NCBI GenBank assembly: GCA_000697335.1
Contig: JNEM01013840.1
Location: forward strand, 1 to 42,481
DNA: 42,481 nt
Source of the DNA: Conidiobolus incongruus B7586
Lineage: Eukaryota
Direction: 5' to 3'
The notes under the pieces are model-generated. The model ran no database searches and had not been told where the DNA came from. It worked only from the letters and a program-made list of their open reading frames with translations. The translations under genes and the position numbers were made by a program. Positions 40,308-42,481 of the stretch are shown one piece after another. How positions within the stretch are numbered: the stretch's first letter is position 1; the number at the start of each line of letters is the position of its first letter.

Positions 40308-41401
40308 GTTATTAATTGGACTGATTTTATGGATGTGATTGATTTGAAGAGTGTTTTGATAAGATCAATTCCTTATCTTGATGTATTATCAATTTATTGT
40401 GACATGTTGAATTCCAAATGATGTTTGCGAATAATATTATTAATTATGGGATTAATCAGAACTATAAGTTCTTTATTAATTAACTAAATGGTTAAATATT
40501 CGGGTAATCTTACAAATTATTCTAAATATTTTTTTGTGATCATTATCCAGGTATTATGGTTAAATTCAATTCCATGATATAACATGATTCGGTAATTCTT
40601 GTATTTCAATTCCAATATGACAACTATCAACATTAGTTGATGAATCATAGCTTTATTAAATACAAATTCCATTTTTATTACAGTATAAATATATATTGAG
40701 GTTGGAGTCAATATTTGAATTATGAAAACAAACATAATTTACAATTTAATGTTTCCAGATAATAGGATGAAATAAAATAAAGTTGTTTATTTTTGAACTA
40801 GGGAGAAGTATCAAACTGCTCAGTGTACTACAGTTCTTACAGTATACTGTGTTTCTGCGCACTTAAATATATAAATTCGTTATTTATAATATGTCTCTCT
40901 TTTCTTAAAATGAAATATGCAAGTAGTTCATATCAGTTTATCGAAAATTAATCTAAACAATAACTATAGAGTTATACTGAATATAGTATTCAGTCAATTC
41001 ATGATTAACTTATGCATCAAGAGAGCTAAATTCATTTATTTTAATTAAAATATATCGATCAAAGTTAGATAATAATGTTTTGGAGCGCTTCTAATATTAT
41101 AAATCAACGATATTAGCTAATGGGCTATTGTCAATTGATCATATCACATAAAAATCATCCAACATTTAATAAGCAGGAATAAATTTCGGGTAATATTAAT
41201 TTATACAGAAAGGATTTGATGAATGAAAAAAATAACAATATCAAGAATTGATATTAAAAAATGCTATTTGAATGGTTTTTAGCATTAAATTTCATTAATT
41301 ATTGTTATTACTATGATTGTTAAAGTCAAATAATGTATGTTTAAATACTTTGAAAACTCAGTTAATATCAACTAATCATTTGTTTGAATTAAATTTAAAT
41401 A

Positions 41402-42481
41402 TTACTCTGTATTTTTAATAATGGGAATTTTTTGCAATTGAAAATAAATAAATATTTTAATATATAATATATAAAAATAAATATATAATATAAATTTAAT
41501 AGTTTCTTTTATTATTAATAACTTTTTGCTATACTTTTAGCAAAGATCTAACACTTAAAAAATAGTTCTTTTTATTAAAGACTGAAATTTGATGTTTTAT
41601 AAACCAATTAAATTTTCCTGCAGAAATTTTTTTCTTGTAAGCTAGTTTTTTAATTACCTAAAGCAATTATAATTATATAGGTTATAATCTAAAGAATATA
41701 CTAGATATGGTAGTTTTTTCTAGTTATTTTTAATTAGAAAGTTTTTTACAGTTTTAAATTTATAAATTTTACAATTATCATGTAAAATAATAAGTTTTCT
41801 TAAATTATATTGAAAATACTAATTAGAAATACTTTTATTTAAAAAAATAATATAAAGTTTATTATTAATTAATTTTCTTTTAAAAATTAAATAAAAATAG
41901 TATATACTATTATAATCTATTATAATAATTAACATTCACTTATTAATAAAATGTTTATTTAAAAAAATTTATAAAGGGGGTTAATTTAACTTAATTTAAC
42001 ATTTTGATTTGTGTTTTAATAAAGGATTATATATAAAAATTTAAAATTCATCAATTATAATTATTTATTGTAAAAGATTAAGCTTCTAATAATATTTTAG
42101 TAAGCTTTATTTAATAATAACTACTTTAACTTTTTTTTAAGCTTTAGTTAAATTACAAGGTATTTATTTTATATTTTTATTTATTAATTTGAGTTTAAAC
42201 TTTAATATATATAAAATACTTGTAAAACTAATATTAAAGTATTTAGATAATTCTTTAACTAAAATAAAAAAGTGTTTTTAATATATTTTTTCACTCTATT
42301 AACAATTAAAAGAATAATAATTAAAGTTAGTTTTTTAAATTTTAATAAGTTTTAAATAATTTCTCTTTTAGTTTTAAAGTAATTTACCTAATAATAAATT
42401 GTTAATTTAGATAATATTTTATTATTAAAAGTTATTTATAAATTTTAAATAATTTTAAAAGGTTTATAGTTAAGATTTACT
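41402..42481 (-). mobile_element. Second hypermutated mariner copy, extends past window end
   Basis: Minus-strand translation LIILHDNCKIY..N*KKLPYLVYSLDYNLYNYNCFR*LKN*LTRKKF..V*QKVINNK matches mariner HDNA...WEVLPHPPYSPDLAPSDY.LF..LK..L.GK.F...WQKVI. The left end aligns with the TIR of copy 1. Confidence 0.88.

Overview
Eukaryotic, very AT-rich genomic DNA with short (~50-60 nt) GT-AG introns. The gene content fits an early-diverging fungus, possibly Zoopagomycota/Entomophthoromycotina (inference only). Protein genes, in order: NAT9-like GNAT (3' end runs off the window), a disordered Ser-rich protein, NCE101-like, MAM33, condensin SMC4, carnitine acetyltransferase, cytochrome b561, a PPR protein, a Cys-rich membrane protein, PEX6, pyroglutamyl-peptidase I-like, centrin and cytochrome b5. 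Non-coding content: tRNA-Trp(CCA), a three-member box C/D snoRNA cluster, two solo LTRs, two mariner relics, and pseudogenes of cytochrome b561 and an RNF121-like ligase. The most interesting signals are: (1) two mariner copies destroyed by CpA/TpG->TpA hypermutation resembling repeat-induced point mutation (RIP), in what looks like a non-Dikarya fungus; (2) a solo LTR inserted 10 bp upstream of the tRNA gene, as in Ty3-style Pol III targeting; (3) twin snoRNAs with guides shifted by 2 nt, plus a long C/D RNA with complementarity to U4 snRNA. All alignments and family assignments were made by eye from remembered consensus sequences; no searches were run.
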